Position numbers and translations under genes: made by a program | Sequence record: NC_055780.1 | Reading direction: 5' to 3' (one strand) | Source: Escherichia phage MLF4 | DNA: 64,000 nucleotides | Shown: positions 25,200 to 34,388 of the stretch, piece by piece | Layout: every line of letters begins with the position of its first letter | Numbering within the stretch: position 1 is the first letter of the stretch | The notes under the pieces: model-generated | Told to the model about the DNA's origin: nothing | Database searches by the model: none | Seen by the model: the letters and a program-made list of their open reading frames with translations, nothing else

Positions 25200-25550
25200 A
25201 TGAAAGGTAATGTTTATTTAGTAGTTCATGATTTAACATTCTATTTTAATCATAATGATACTGTTATTTCTGAACGTGTAATTAATTTGCTTTATCAGCA
25301 TGCAGATTATGTTTATGTCGAAAACGAATATGGTCATTGGCAATTTCTCAAAAATCGTTCATTTGGTTTAGATGGTTACGAATATTTTGAACGTAAAGAC
25401 CTTTTAGATAAAATTCCGTTATCTACACAATATCAAAATCATAAGTCTTTACATAAATGTCGACTAATTCGAAATGCTGAATCTGCTTATGAAGCAATTG
25501 ATTTATGGCGTTTACGCCGTGAACAGATTGATGCTTTAAAAGAATATTAA
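25200..25550 (+). CDS. hypothetical protein (116 aa) embedded in RNA gene cluster
   Basis: ATG 25200 with GTGAGGAAAA RBS directly after tRNA-Arg; no recognised motif. Confidence 0.55.
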   Translation: MKGNVYLVVHDLTFYFNHNDTVISERVINLLYQHADYVYVENEYGHWQFLKNRSFGLDGYEYFERKDLLDKIPLSTQYQNHKSLHKCRLIRNAESAYEAIDLWRLRREQIDALKEY

Positions 25551-25889
25551 GAAGCCGGGTCGCTACCGGTAAGTCGTCGGACTGATGTTCCCTGAGTAAG
25601 GACTAGCCTTAATAAATCTTTATGTTTTGTTAATGCTCCCTTACATCACAGCAGAAACGGCGCACCGAATTATCGATTCGAGGAAATATCTTTGCCGTAA
25701 GCCGAGTAGCGTTTTTGACGGAACGTTCGGATATGGTCGAGATATGGCCTTTTAAAAATATTGAGTAGCGTCAACTGCTTGATAACCGGGTTCGAATCCC
25801 GGCGTTTCGTACAAACACTTGCCTTAGCAGGTGGAACCCCGACAAGGTTGCCGCAAGGCTTAGCCCCAGCCGAAAGGTTGGGGCTTTTT
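25551..25889 (+). ncRNA. candidate structured stable RNA(s), possibly T4 species-1/2 (rnaC/rnaD)-like, ending in intrinsic terminator
   Basis: About 340 nt with no ORF; GC content clearly above surroundings; multiple short hairpins; tRNA-like T-arm CCGGG-TTCGAAT-CCCGG at 25786-25802; terminator at 25863-25889. Confidence 0.45.
25863..25889 (+). terminator. intrinsic terminator (copy 1 of repeated element)
   Basis: GCCCCAGCC-GAAA-GGTTGGGGC hairpin plus TTTTT. Confidence 0.7.
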
Positions 25890-25891
25890 AG

Positions 25892-25899
25892 TATAAATA
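25892..25899 (+). promoter_or_regulatory. T4 late promoter TATAAATA upstream of IP-like gene
   Basis: Exact TATAAATA 37 nt upstream of ATG 25936. Confidence 0.55.
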
Positions 25900-25935
25900 A
25901 GTATATTAAATCTACAAATTAAAACAGGAAATAAG

Positions 25936-26409
25936 ATGAAATCATATACTCAATTTTTAAATGAAGCGGTGTTAAATGAAGCGTCTAGCACCGAAATTCA
26001 AGCTGTCGCAAAAGCAGCCATTGCAGCGGGTAAATATTCCTATAAAGATGCTTCTGATGAATCACGATTCCAATTTGCTCGCGACATGAAAGCAGAAGGA
26101 TTTACGGGGAATGCTGTTAGTATGGCCTGGAAAAGTTTAGTTGCTACTGGCGCTGCTTTTGCAAAGGCTTCGGGTAAACCTGCTCCTAAAGCAGATCCTA
26201 AAGTCACACAAGAGAAAAATATCGTTAAAGGAATTATCTCTAGGTATGAAGCAATTCTTAAAGAGCTTTTAGTAATCAAAACTGAAGGCCAAAAACTAGC
26301 TCGTGCTTATAGTTTCAAAGATAACCCACATGCTCACTCTCTTGAGTATGTTGAAGACATTCAAAAAATTATTAAAGACCGCATTTGGTCTGCTAAACAA
26401 ATCAAATAA
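25936..26409 (+). CDS. internal-protein-like protein with CTS-like leader (157 aa)
   Basis: N-terminus MKSYTQFLNEA resembles T4 IP capsid-targeting leader with L-x-E cleavage context; Ala/Lys-rich body. Confidence 0.6.
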   Translation: MKSYTQFLNEAVLNEASSTEIQAVAKAAIAAGKYSYKDASDESRFQFARDMKAEGFTGNAVSMAWKSLVATGAAFAKASGKPAPKADPKVTQEKNIVKGIISRYEAILKELLVIKTEGQKLARAYSFKDNPHAHSLEYVEDIQKIIKDRIWSAKQIK

Positions 26410-26417
26410 CATTCTTA

Positions 26418-26444
26418 GCCCTAGCCGAAAGGTTGGGGCTTTTT
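26418..26444 (+). terminator. intrinsic terminator (copy 2 of repeated element)
   Basis: GCCCTAGCC-GAAA-GGTTGGGGC plus TTTTT; 29-nt direct repeat of 25861-25889 with one mismatch. Confidence 0.7.
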
Positions 26445-26579
26445 GGTATCTAGGCCTTTCCAGGCCTCTCTAGGCATCATTTAGTTTCTACCCTTTATAA
26501 TATATTATCCTATCTTTTAATTGCCCCTCCCTGCCCTAGAATTCCCTAAAACTTTTTAAAAAAATTTTTTCACAAAACG

Positions 26580-26610
26580 GTTTACATCCTTGTCCTTCCA
26601 TGGTACTATA
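26580..26610 (+). promoter_or_regulatory. T4-type early promoter
   Basis: TTTTTCACAAAACGGTTTACA … TGGTACTATACAACTATCAAC module. Confidence 0.55.
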
Positions 26611-26652
26611 CAACTATCAACTACTGATACAGAAAACAACTTGGAGAATGAA

Positions 26653-26916
26653 ATGGATAATTACGGCGAACTGTTCAACTTCTTTATGAAATGTGTTTCA
26701 GAAGATTTCGGTCGTACAGTGAATGATATTAAAGTTATCGGTCCTGATCATCCGATGTTTGAAACTTACGCAGTAATGGGTAATGAAGACGGTCAGTGGT
26801 ATACTGTAAAGGTTGTGATTAACATGTTCACAGCAGAAGGTTATGTTAAACTGTCTTCTAAAGTTTACCATGATAACGACGAAATCGCAGAAGAATATTT
26901 CAATAATATGAAATAA
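26653..26916 (+). CDS. hypothetical protein (87 aa)
   Basis: Start trimmed to ATG 26653 after GGAGAA RBS; the track start at 26590 lies inside the promoter. Confidence 0.55.
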   Translation: MDNYGELFNFFMKCVSEDFGRTVNDIKVIGPDHPMFETYAVMGNEDGQWYTVKVVINMFTAEGYVKLSSKVYHDNDEIAEEYFNNMK

Positions 26917-26946
26917 GTTTACACAGGCTCATGATTGAGATATTAT
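26917..26946 (+). promoter_or_regulatory. T4-type early promoter
   Basis: GTTTAC at 26917, 18-nt spacer, TATTAT at 26941. Confidence 0.5.
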
Positions 26947-26972
26947 GAGCCTATACAAATGAGGAAAACATT

Positions 26973-27308
26973 ATGAAACGTAACTTTAGTAAAGCTTTTT
27001 GTAATAGAAATAATTATCCTGAAGAGCTTTTTGAATCTAAGGACTTTGAAGAGTTTAATGAACGCTCTCAAAACATGCCTGTACAATGGGTGTTAGATTA
27101 TGCCAAACGTATCTTTGAAGGCGTGCGGGATATTTGTCCTGATGATGAAGCTCCTTATTTTAAAAAGGCTTGGGAACTCGCCAACCAAGCATATATCAAT
27201 GCTTTAGAATCTTCTAAAGGTACTGACGATGATTTTATTTTATTAGCTATCAATGATGCCGTTATCGAGGCCATCAACGTCTTTATCGACGAGCTAGACG
27301 AAGAATAA
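26973..27308 (+). CDS. hypothetical acidic protein (111 aa)
   Basis: GAGGAAAA RBS; no recognised motif. Confidence 0.55.
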   Translation: MKRNFSKAFCNRNNYPEELFESKDFEEFNERSQNMPVQWVLDYAKRIFEGVRDICPDDEAPYFKKAWELANQAYINALESSKGTDDDFILLAINDAVIEAINVFIDELDEE

Positions 27309-27337
27309 GTTTACAATCTATTAAAACGTGATATTAT
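27309..27337 (+). promoter_or_regulatory. T4-type early promoter
   Basis: GTTTAC at 27309, 17-nt spacer, TGaTATTAT extended -10. Confidence 0.55.
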
Positions 27338-27364
27338 CTAATTATACCAACCTAAGGAAATACT

Positions 27365-27958
27365 ATGAACACACTGAAGAAAATTGTTGAGTTTATTCGC
27401 ACTAAACTTGGTTCTGCTATGGCTAAAAATCTATCTGTTGAAGAACAGTATACTGCTGCGGCAGCAAAACTACTCGATAAGATTAAAGATCTAAAAACTG
27501 CTTCTGTTAAATCTATTAATGAAGAAAAGCGTATTCGTGAACTTATTGTCGAAAAGAATAAGCAGGCCGAATCAAAAGAGCGTGAAATTCGCAAGCTTCT
27601 TTCGGAAGGTCAAGATGTAACAATGCATGCTAAACTTGGTTTACTATATCGTCGAACAGCTGAGCAGTTGACTACTAAAGCTGATGGTTATGCTGAAATG
27701 CGAATTGAAATCGCCAAGAAAGTAGTTGAGTTAGATGATGCTCGCCAAGAACTTGCAGTTAAATTGGAATATATCCGTGAAACTCGCGCCGCGAATGCCC
27801 TCGGAATTAGTACTGCTGATGATGTAGTTGAAATTGCAGCACTGACTAAGGTTGATATTGAAGATACTCTTGCTCGAGTTGAAACCTTTAATGGCAATAT
27901 TTCTGGGGTTGAAACTACCTCTGCCGATGTTCAGGAATACATTAATTCTCTGAAATAA
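27365..27958 (+). CDS. coiled-coil protein (197 aa), possibly PspA/IM30-like
   Basis: Entirely alpha-helical heptad-rich composition; AAGGAAA RBS; hairpin terminator-like element follows at 27964-27979. Confidence 0.55.
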
Positions 27959-27999
27959 TGATAAGGGGCTTCGGCCCCTATTACTTGGAGTAAGTAGGA

Positions 28000-28605
28000 A
28001 TGAAAATGCAAAGTGATTTCAATTCAATGTTTGAAGAGTTCCAAAGACAGGTTGATGTTCCAGACCAATTATTAAATGCTCTTAAACGTATGGCAGAAGG
28101 ACGTAATTATTATTGGGGTTCTTCATATGAAACTGATGAAAGTCTTTCTGGATTTTATAAAGGTAAAAAGTCTTTAATACGTCCTGGAATACTTATTAAC
28201 AGTATTGAATCAATTCATTCATTAACATGTGATTTTGATGTTGAATTTACTGATTTCATTTCTCCTGAATGGACAGTATGTTATTTAAACGACGATTATG
28301 ATTATCTTGGCGTTTATAGTTTAAGTGATGCATGGTTTAAACGTAATTTACAAAAGTCAAATTTATTCTATATTGATACTACTGTAAAATTTCAGGGCAA
28401 GAAATATTTCTTTACTCTTATAGTTGATTCTGAAACGAAGCATGAAAATAAACGTATTCTTAGTAAAAAGAATATCTTAACTATTGTTGATGATCTTTTT
28501 GATAAATTTGTGGAAAATCCCAATTTTGAAAGCGATTTATTACTAGAAAAATTTGTTAAGGAATGTAGAGAATATGTCAAAGCCATCACTATACCTTCCA
28601 AGTAA
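28000..28605 (+). CDS. hypothetical protein (201 aa)
   Basis: No recognised motif. Confidence 0.55.
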   Translation: MKMQSDFNSMFEEFQRQVDVPDQLLNALKRMAEGRNYYWGSSYETDESLSGFYKGKKSLIRPGILINSIESIHSLTCDFDVEFTDFISPEWTVCYLNDDYDYLGVYSLSDAWFKRNLQKSNLFYIDTTVKFQGKKYFFTLIVDSETKHENKRILSKKNILTIVDDLFDKFVENPNFESDLLLEKFVKECREYVKAITIPSK

Positions 28606-28966
28606 ACCGTTGAAGTATGAATTAAAGCGTCAGATAATTTCTACTGATGTGTTAATAGGTCCTGTGGTAGCCGTATCATTTGTGATTCTGCTGATTGCTG
28701 GAATAGTTATAGACGTTATGACTGATATTGAATCTGGTGCAATATTTGGAGCAACACTAATTCTTCCATTGGTAGTTCCGCTTTTATTAGTACCTATAAA
28801 TTGGATAGGATATTGGTATCAAGGAAGACACTATCGTAAACGTGTACGTGATTGGAAAGCTCAGTGTAAAAAGATTAAAAAGGAACATCAGCTTAAACTT
28901 GCTGCGCATGAATTTGATGAAATTATGAAATTTGTTAAGGAATCACGATGCAAAAGCCAAAACTAA
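28553..28966 (+). CDS. membrane protein (130-137 aa; likely start at 28574)
   Basis: Hydrophobic segment VLIGPVVAVSFVILLIAGIVIDV and second TM segment; overlaps upstream ORF. Confidence 0.5.
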   Translation: MLRNVENMSKPSLYLPSKPLKYELKRQIISTDVLIGPVVAVSFVILLIAGIVIDVMTDIESGAIFGATLILPLVVPLLLVPINWIGYWYQGRHYRKRVRDWKAQCKKIKKEHQLKLAAHEFDEIMKFVKESRCKSQN

Positions 28967-29310
28967 ATAAAGTCAAATATTCTCTTCCTGAGTCATTTTT
29001 AATTTTTGCTGTAGCGTTGGCTGCAGCTCTTGCGGGTAGTCTTTTTGGATTGTTAATTGACTGTCTTATTTTAAACATTGACGGCACAGTAAATATAATA
29101 GAAGTTTGGAGTGAACTTCACTATACTAAAATTATTTCATTATTTTCATTCTTTGGTACAATGTTATATTTTCATTATGATAATTTTAAAATAAATTGGC
29201 AAAGAAAAAAGGATTACAAAATACAATTAAAGGAATATAATAGCTACATGTCTTATATTGAAAAAGAATCAATGGAAGAGTTTGTGAGTGATTGTAGGAA
29301 AATTAAATGA
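28948..29310 (+). CDS. membrane protein (120 aa)
   Basis: TM segment FLIFAVALAAALAGSLFGLLIDCLIL. Confidence 0.5.
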   Translation: MQKPKLNKVKYSLPESFLIFAVALAAALAGSLFGLLIDCLILNIDGTVNIIEVWSELHYTKIISLFSFFGTMLYFHYDNFKINWQRKKDYKIQLKEYNSYMSYIEKESMEEFVSDCRKIK

Positions 29311-29776
29311 TTTTAAAAACTCGCTGGTATGATTTAGATGATGGGGATGATGGCATTTCAGTTGATAGAGTTGACTGGAATGGTTGTTCCGAAGATATGA
29401 AAAATTTGTTGATTAGGGAGTTTAGAATGGGATATCAAGCAGCTAAGCCATCTATTATAACAGATGATAAATTCGTGTGTATTCATAATGGTCGTGCTAA
29501 GTTAACGAACGCTGATTGGTTCACAGATAAAATTATGATTCTGTGGTATATTATTAGTCTTCCTGTGACATCATTCGTATTTTACTTTTTTATAAAAAAT
29601 CCAATGGACAGAATAGGAGATTGGATTCTTTTAACCATACTTGTTAATATTTTTACAGCAGCAATATTATCTGGGATATGGTGCGTGTTCATTGAAATGC
29701 CATGGCGGCTACGCAGACAGCAAAAGATTTTTGATGAAAAGAAATACATTCAAAATTTAAATAACTTTATCACTGA

Positions 29777-29795
<19 letters not shown>
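29307..29795 (+). CDS. membrane protein (162 aa)
   Basis: Two TM segments (ILWYIISLPVTSFVFYFFI; LLTILVNIFTAAILSGIWCVFI); ATGA overlap with previous ORF. Confidence 0.5.
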
Positions 29796-30764
<969 letters not shown>

Positions 30765-30767
30765 AGT

Positions 30768-30798
30768 TGTTTACTTTCTCCTAGAATTGTGATAGTAT
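30768..30798 (+). promoter_or_regulatory. T4-type early promoter upstream of denV
   Basis: GTTTAC at 30768 and TGTGATAGTAT -10 region. Confidence 0.5.
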
Positions 30799-30823
30799 AT
30801 TCACAGTTACTTGGAGGGATAAA

Positions 30824-31240
30824 ATGACTCGTATTAATTTGACTTTAGTATCTGAACTTGCTGATCAACATTTAATCGCAGAATACCGTGAATTGCCGCG
30901 TGTTTTTGGTATAGTTCGTAAGCATGTGGCAAACGGTAAGCGCGTTAAAGATTTTAAAATATCTTCCGAGTTTATTTTAGGTTCTGGTCATGTTACGTTC
31001 TTTTACGATAAGTTAGAATTTTTGCGAAAGCGTCAATTAGACATTATAACGGAATGCTTAAAACGCGGGTTCAGTATAAAAGATACTGAAGTTCCTGACA
31101 TCAGCGATATTCCAGTAGAATGGAAAAATGATTATAATCCATGCAAATCAGCTATTAAATTGAGTCAACAACGACTTGATGAAAAAATTTTAATGAAACC
31201 ACATTGGTATAAGTATTACGGTAAAAATATTTACATTTAA
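30824..31240 (+). CDS. denV: endonuclease V (pyrimidine dimer DNA glycosylase), 138 aa
   Basis: [30 protein letters not shown]-terminus and length equal T4 DenV. Confidence 0.95.
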   Translation: MTRINLTLVSELADQHLIAEYRELPRVFGIVRKHVANGKRVKDFKISSEFILGSGHVTFFYDKLEFLRKRQLDIITECLKRGFSIKDTEVPDISDIPVEWKNDYNPCKSAIKLSQQRLDEKILMKPHWYKYYGKNIYI

Positions 31241-31249
31241 AGGAAACCC

Positions 31250-31723
31250 ATGAAAACATATCAAGAATTTATTACTGAAGCAGCTATTAATTCTCAAATT
31301 ATTGCTGAATCTTTTACTGATCTTTTGAAATTTAAAAAAGGTCAAAAAATCACTGCTGTATTGGATGATGGTACAGAAGTTGAGATGGATGTACAGGGAT
31401 ATAATTATGCAGTAGATGGAAAACTGTATAATAAATCTCATGCTAAATTTGATTCATTTGACGACTTTGTTAATACAGTTGAAGATGAAAAAACTCGTCG
31501 ATCCATTGTAACTGGTGATGCTAAGGTTCTTATGGCACATGGTCATGAACGCATTCGCGCTAAACAGAATAAAATGGGTGAAGATAATTTTGCATTAGTT
31601 GGTTATCAATCTGGTAAGCAAACTTATGGCTATCAGCGTACTGCTACCATGTATAATAAAAATGGTAAAATTGCCTTTGTAAATAGTAAAGGTTCTATTC
31701 AGTACGTTAAATCGTTCAAATAA
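31250..31723 (+). CDS. internal protein with capsid targeting sequence (157 aa), IpII/IpIII-like
   Basis: N-terminus MKTYQEFITEAAI is the canonical T4 IP CTS; basic Lys-rich body. Confidence 0.75.
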   Translation: MKTYQEFITEAAINSQIIAESFTDLLKFKKGQKITAVLDDGTEVEMDVQGYNYAVDGKLYNKSHAKFDSFDDFVNTVEDEKTRRSIVTGDAKVLMAHGHERIRAKQNKMGEDNFALVGYQSGKQTYGYQRTATMYNKNGKIAFVNSKGSIQYVKSFK

Positions 31724-31864
31724 TATGGGAACAAGCTGGACCTCATGATTCTGTGAGGGATTCCCGCCAACCTGTAATAAGGTCGAGCCCAAGTGCGGTA
31801 ATGGGTAAATACAGAAATGGACAATTCATGCGCCATGGAATGGCCCAAATTTAGAGAGAATAAA

Positions 31865-32407
31865 ATGAGAACATTTTTAACTGGTCCTTATCTATCCCTG
31901 ATGAATGCTTTTACACACCATTCTGACGCTAGAGTAGAAGAAATTTGTAATAGTGGATTTTATGTACCTGATTCGTCGTATTTATTTAAAGAATATTGTA
32001 CACTTCGTTTAGATGGTGGCAGACAATCCGGTAAATCAACTGCAGTAACTAATTTTGCCGCTAATTGGTTGTATGATGGTGGAACAGTTATTGTTCTTTC
32101 TAATACTTCAGCTTACGCTAAAATTTCTGCGGGCCGCATTAAAAAAGAATTTTCTCGTTATTCTAGCGATGATATTCGATTCCGTTTATTTACTGATTCT
32201 GTCCGTAGTTTTGTTGGTAATAGAGGTAGCAAGTTCAGAGGTTTATCGCTTTCTCGAATTTTGTATATAATCGATGAGCCTGTTAAATCTCCTGATATGG
32301 ATAAAATTTACGATATTCATATTGAAACTGTGCAATATTGCTGCAATAGTAAATGCTGTATTGGTGGTATTACTCGTCCGCAGTTTTTCGTAATTGGAAT
32401 GCAATGA
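31865..32407 (+). CDS. P-loop NTPase-like protein (about 180 aa)
   Basis: Walker A-like GGRQSGKST; start trimmed to ATG 31865 (RBS AGAGAGAA). Confidence 0.55.
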   Translation: MRTFLTGPYLSLMNAFTHHSDARVEEICNSGFYVPDSSYLFKEYCTLRLDGGRQSGKSTAVTNFAANWLYDGGTVIVLSNTSAYAKISAGRIKKEFSRYSSDDIRFRLFTDSVRSFVGNRGSKFRGLSLSRILYIIDEPVKSPDMDKIYDIHIETVQYCCNSKCCIGGITRPQFFVIGMQ

Positions 32408-32733
32408 TGACAGATACGCAACTTTTCGAATATCTTTATTTTTCGCCAAAAACTATTAAAAATAAATTGGTGAATCATTTTGAAATTTTAGCAAATAATA
32501 ACATTTTGAGCGAATTTTATCCCAAGCAATACAAATTACAAAAAGGTGTATTCAAAGGATGCAGAGTTTTATGTACTGCTCCTAATGCACGGCTAATGAA
32601 TAAAATTCCATATTTTACCATGGAATTTATTGATGGACCTTTTAAAGGATTAATTACGCAAAGTTTAATGGCATATGATTCTGAGCCGTTTTTAATTAAA
32701 GAACAATCTTGGATAAATTTATTTTCTAATTGA
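32404..32733 (+). CDS. hypothetical protein (109 aa)
   Basis: ATGA overlap with upstream ORF; no recognised motif. Confidence 0.5.
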   Translation: MMTDTQLFEYLYFSPKTIKNKLVNHFEILANNNILSEFYPKQYKLQKGVFKGCRVLCTAPNARLMNKIPYFTMEFIDGPFKGLITQSLMAYDSEPFLIKEQSWINLFSN

Positions 32734-32740
32734 GGTTTAT

Positions 32741-33103
32741 ATGAAAGCATATCAAATTCTTGAAGGCACACACAAAGGTACTATTTATTTTGAAGATGGT
32801 ATTCAAGCACGAATTATCGTTTCTAAAACCTTTAAAGAGGACTCTTTTGTAGACCCAGAAATTTTCTATGGTTTGCATGCCCGTGAAATTGAAATTGAGC
32901 AACAGCCTGCAGTTAAAATTGAAGGTGGTCAACACCTGAACGTTAACGTTCTGCGTCGTGAAACTCTGGAAGATGCAGTTAAGCATCCGGAAAAATATCC
33001 GCAGCTGACCATCCGTGTATCCGGTTATGCAGTTCGCTTTAACTCTCTGACTCCGGAACAGCAGCGCGACGTTATCGCTCGTACATTCACCGAGAGTTTG
33101 TAA
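32741..33103 (+). CDS. autonomous glycyl radical cofactor (GrcA/YfiD-like), 120 aa
   Basis: C-terminus [61 protein letters not shown] carries the glycyl radical motif RVSGY of the pyruvate formate-lyase family; T4 is known to encode such a homolog. Confidence 0.9.
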   Translation: MKAYQILEGTHKGTIYFEDGIQARIIVSKTFKEDSFVDPEIFYGLHAREIEIEQQPAVKIEGGQHLNVNVLRRETLEDAVKHPEKYPQLTIRVSGYAVRFNSLTPEQQRDVIARTFTESL

Positions 33104-33324
33104 TGGCAAAGATAATTATTGAAGGTTCTGAAGATGTGCTAAATGCTTTCGCCGAGTGGTTTAGTAATTCAGGCGAACAGCAATTTAATGAAGCCTGGAA
33201 TATGGGTGATATTGATGGAATTTATCCTACGACAGAAATTTCTGTTCAGGGATATGGCATTCATGAACCTATTCGTTTAGTTGAATACGATTTATGTACT
33301 GGTGAGGAAGTCAAATATGATTGA
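33103..33324 (+). CDS. hypothetical acidic protein (73 aa)
   Basis: TAATG overlap with upstream gene. Confidence 0.5.
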   Translation: MAKIIIEGSEDVLNAFAEWFSNSGEQQFNEAWNMGDIDGIYPTTEISVQGYGIHEPIRLVEYDLCTGEEVKYD

Positions 33325-33583
33325 AGATATTAAAGGTTATAAGCCGCATACTGAAGAGAAAATCGGTAAAGTGAATGCTATCAAAGACGCTGAAGTTCGT
33401 TTAGGACTTATCTTTGATGCTTTATACGATGAATTCTGGGAAGCACTAGATAATTGTGAAGACTGTGAATTCGCGAAGAATTATGCTGAAAGCCTCGATC
33501 AGTTAACTATTGCTAAAACGAAACTCAAAGAAGCCAGTATGTGGGCTTGTCGCGCAGTGTTCCAACCAGAGGAAAAATACTAA
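33317..33583 (+). CDS. hypothetical acidic protein (88 aa)
   Basis: Start ATG 33317 inside the end of the previous ORF; helical. Confidence 0.45.
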   Translation: MIEDIKGYKPHTEEKIGKVNAIKDAEVRLGLIFDALYDEFWEALDNCEDCEFAKNYAESLDQLTIAKTKLKEASMWACRAVFQPEEKY

Positions 33584-33861
33584 TGGCTCAATTAAGTGCA
33601 GGGTTTGGTTATGAGTATTATACTGCACCTCGTCGTGTATCTGTCGCTCCTAAGAAAATTCAAAGTCTTGATGACTTCCAGGAAGTAGTCCGTAAAGCTT
33701 TTCAGGACTATGCACGTTATCTTAAAGAAGATTCACAGGACTGTCTCGAAGAAGATGAAATTGCTTACTATGAGCAGCGTCTTGAACAGCTCAAAAATCT
33801 ACATGAGGTTCGTGCAGAAGTTTCAAAGTCTATGAATAAATTGACTAGATTTAAAGAATAA
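33583..33861 (+). CDS. hypothetical protein (92 aa)
   Basis: TAATG overlap; start [13 protein letters not shown]. Confidence 0.5.
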   Translation: MAQLSAGFGYEYYTAPRRVSVAPKKIQSLDDFQEVVRKAFQDYARYLKEDSQDCLEEDEIAYYEQRLEQLKNLHEVRAEVSKSMNKLTRFKE

Positions 33862-33863
33862 CT

Positions 33864-33893
33864 GTTTACTTTTCCTCTTGACTGTGGTATAAT
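33864..33893 (+). promoter_or_regulatory. T4-type early promoter upstream of regB
   Basis: GTTTAC at 33864, 18-nt spacer, TGgTATAAT at 33885-33893. Confidence 0.65.
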
Positions 33894-33919
33894 TTTCTAT
33901 CAGTTAAGAGGAGAATAAC

Positions 33920-34381
33920 ATGACTATCAACACAGAAGTTTTTATCCGTCGAAATAAGCTTCGTCGTCACTTTGAGTCGGAGTTTCGTCAAATTAACAAT
34001 GAGATTCGTGAGGCATCAAAAGCAGCAGGGGTCTCATCGTTTCATCTAAAATATTCTCAGCATCTTCTTGATCGTGCAATTCAACGGGAGATTGATGAGA
34101 CATATGTTTTTGAATTATTCCACAAAATAAAAGACCATGTTTTAGAAGTTAATGAATTCCTGAGTATGCCTCCGCGTCCTGACATTGACGAGGATTTTAT
34201 TGATGGGGTTGAATACCGTCCTGGACGTTTAGAAATCACAGATGGAAATCTTTGGCTTGGATTTACAGTTTGTAAACCTAATGCGAAGTTCAAAGACCCG
34301 TCACTTCAATGTAGGATGGCAATTATTAACAGTCGTCGTTTACCAGGAAAGGCTTCTAAAGCAGTAATTAAAACTCAATGA
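33920..34381 (+). CDS. regB: site-specific endoribonuclease RegB (153 aa)
   Basis: MTINTEVFIRRNKLRRHFESEFRQINNEIREASKAAG and length equal T4 RegB. Confidence 0.9.
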   Translation: MTINTEVFIRRNKLRRHFESEFRQINNEIREASKAAGVSSFHLKYSQHLLDRAIQREIDETYVFELFHKIKDHVLEVNEFLSMPPRPDIDEDFIDGVEYRPGRLEITDGNLWLGFTVCKPNAKFKDPSLQCRMAIINSRRLPGKASKAVIKTQ

Positions 34382-34388
34382 GGTAAGC

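Noticed and set aside
25700-25812. A canonical 11th tRNA ending at the tRNA-like T-arm near 25786-25808
   Set aside because: Acceptor pairing has a mismatch and no 5-bp anticodon stem or proper D-arm could be formed at tRNA spacing; treated as part of a tRNA-like stable RNA instead.
25861-26445. Possibility that the repeated 29-nt hairpin elements form a CRISPR-like array
   Set aside because: Only two copies, separated by a 0.5-kb protein-coding spacer; they are classic intrinsic terminators. No CRISPR repeat-spacer periodicity exists anywhere in the window.
26590-26652. ORF-track start at 26590 for the 26590-26916 ORF
   Set aside because: That ATG lies within the -10 region of the early promoter (ccATGgtactata), so it is probably not on the mRNA; ATG 26653 with a GGAGAA RBS was preferred.
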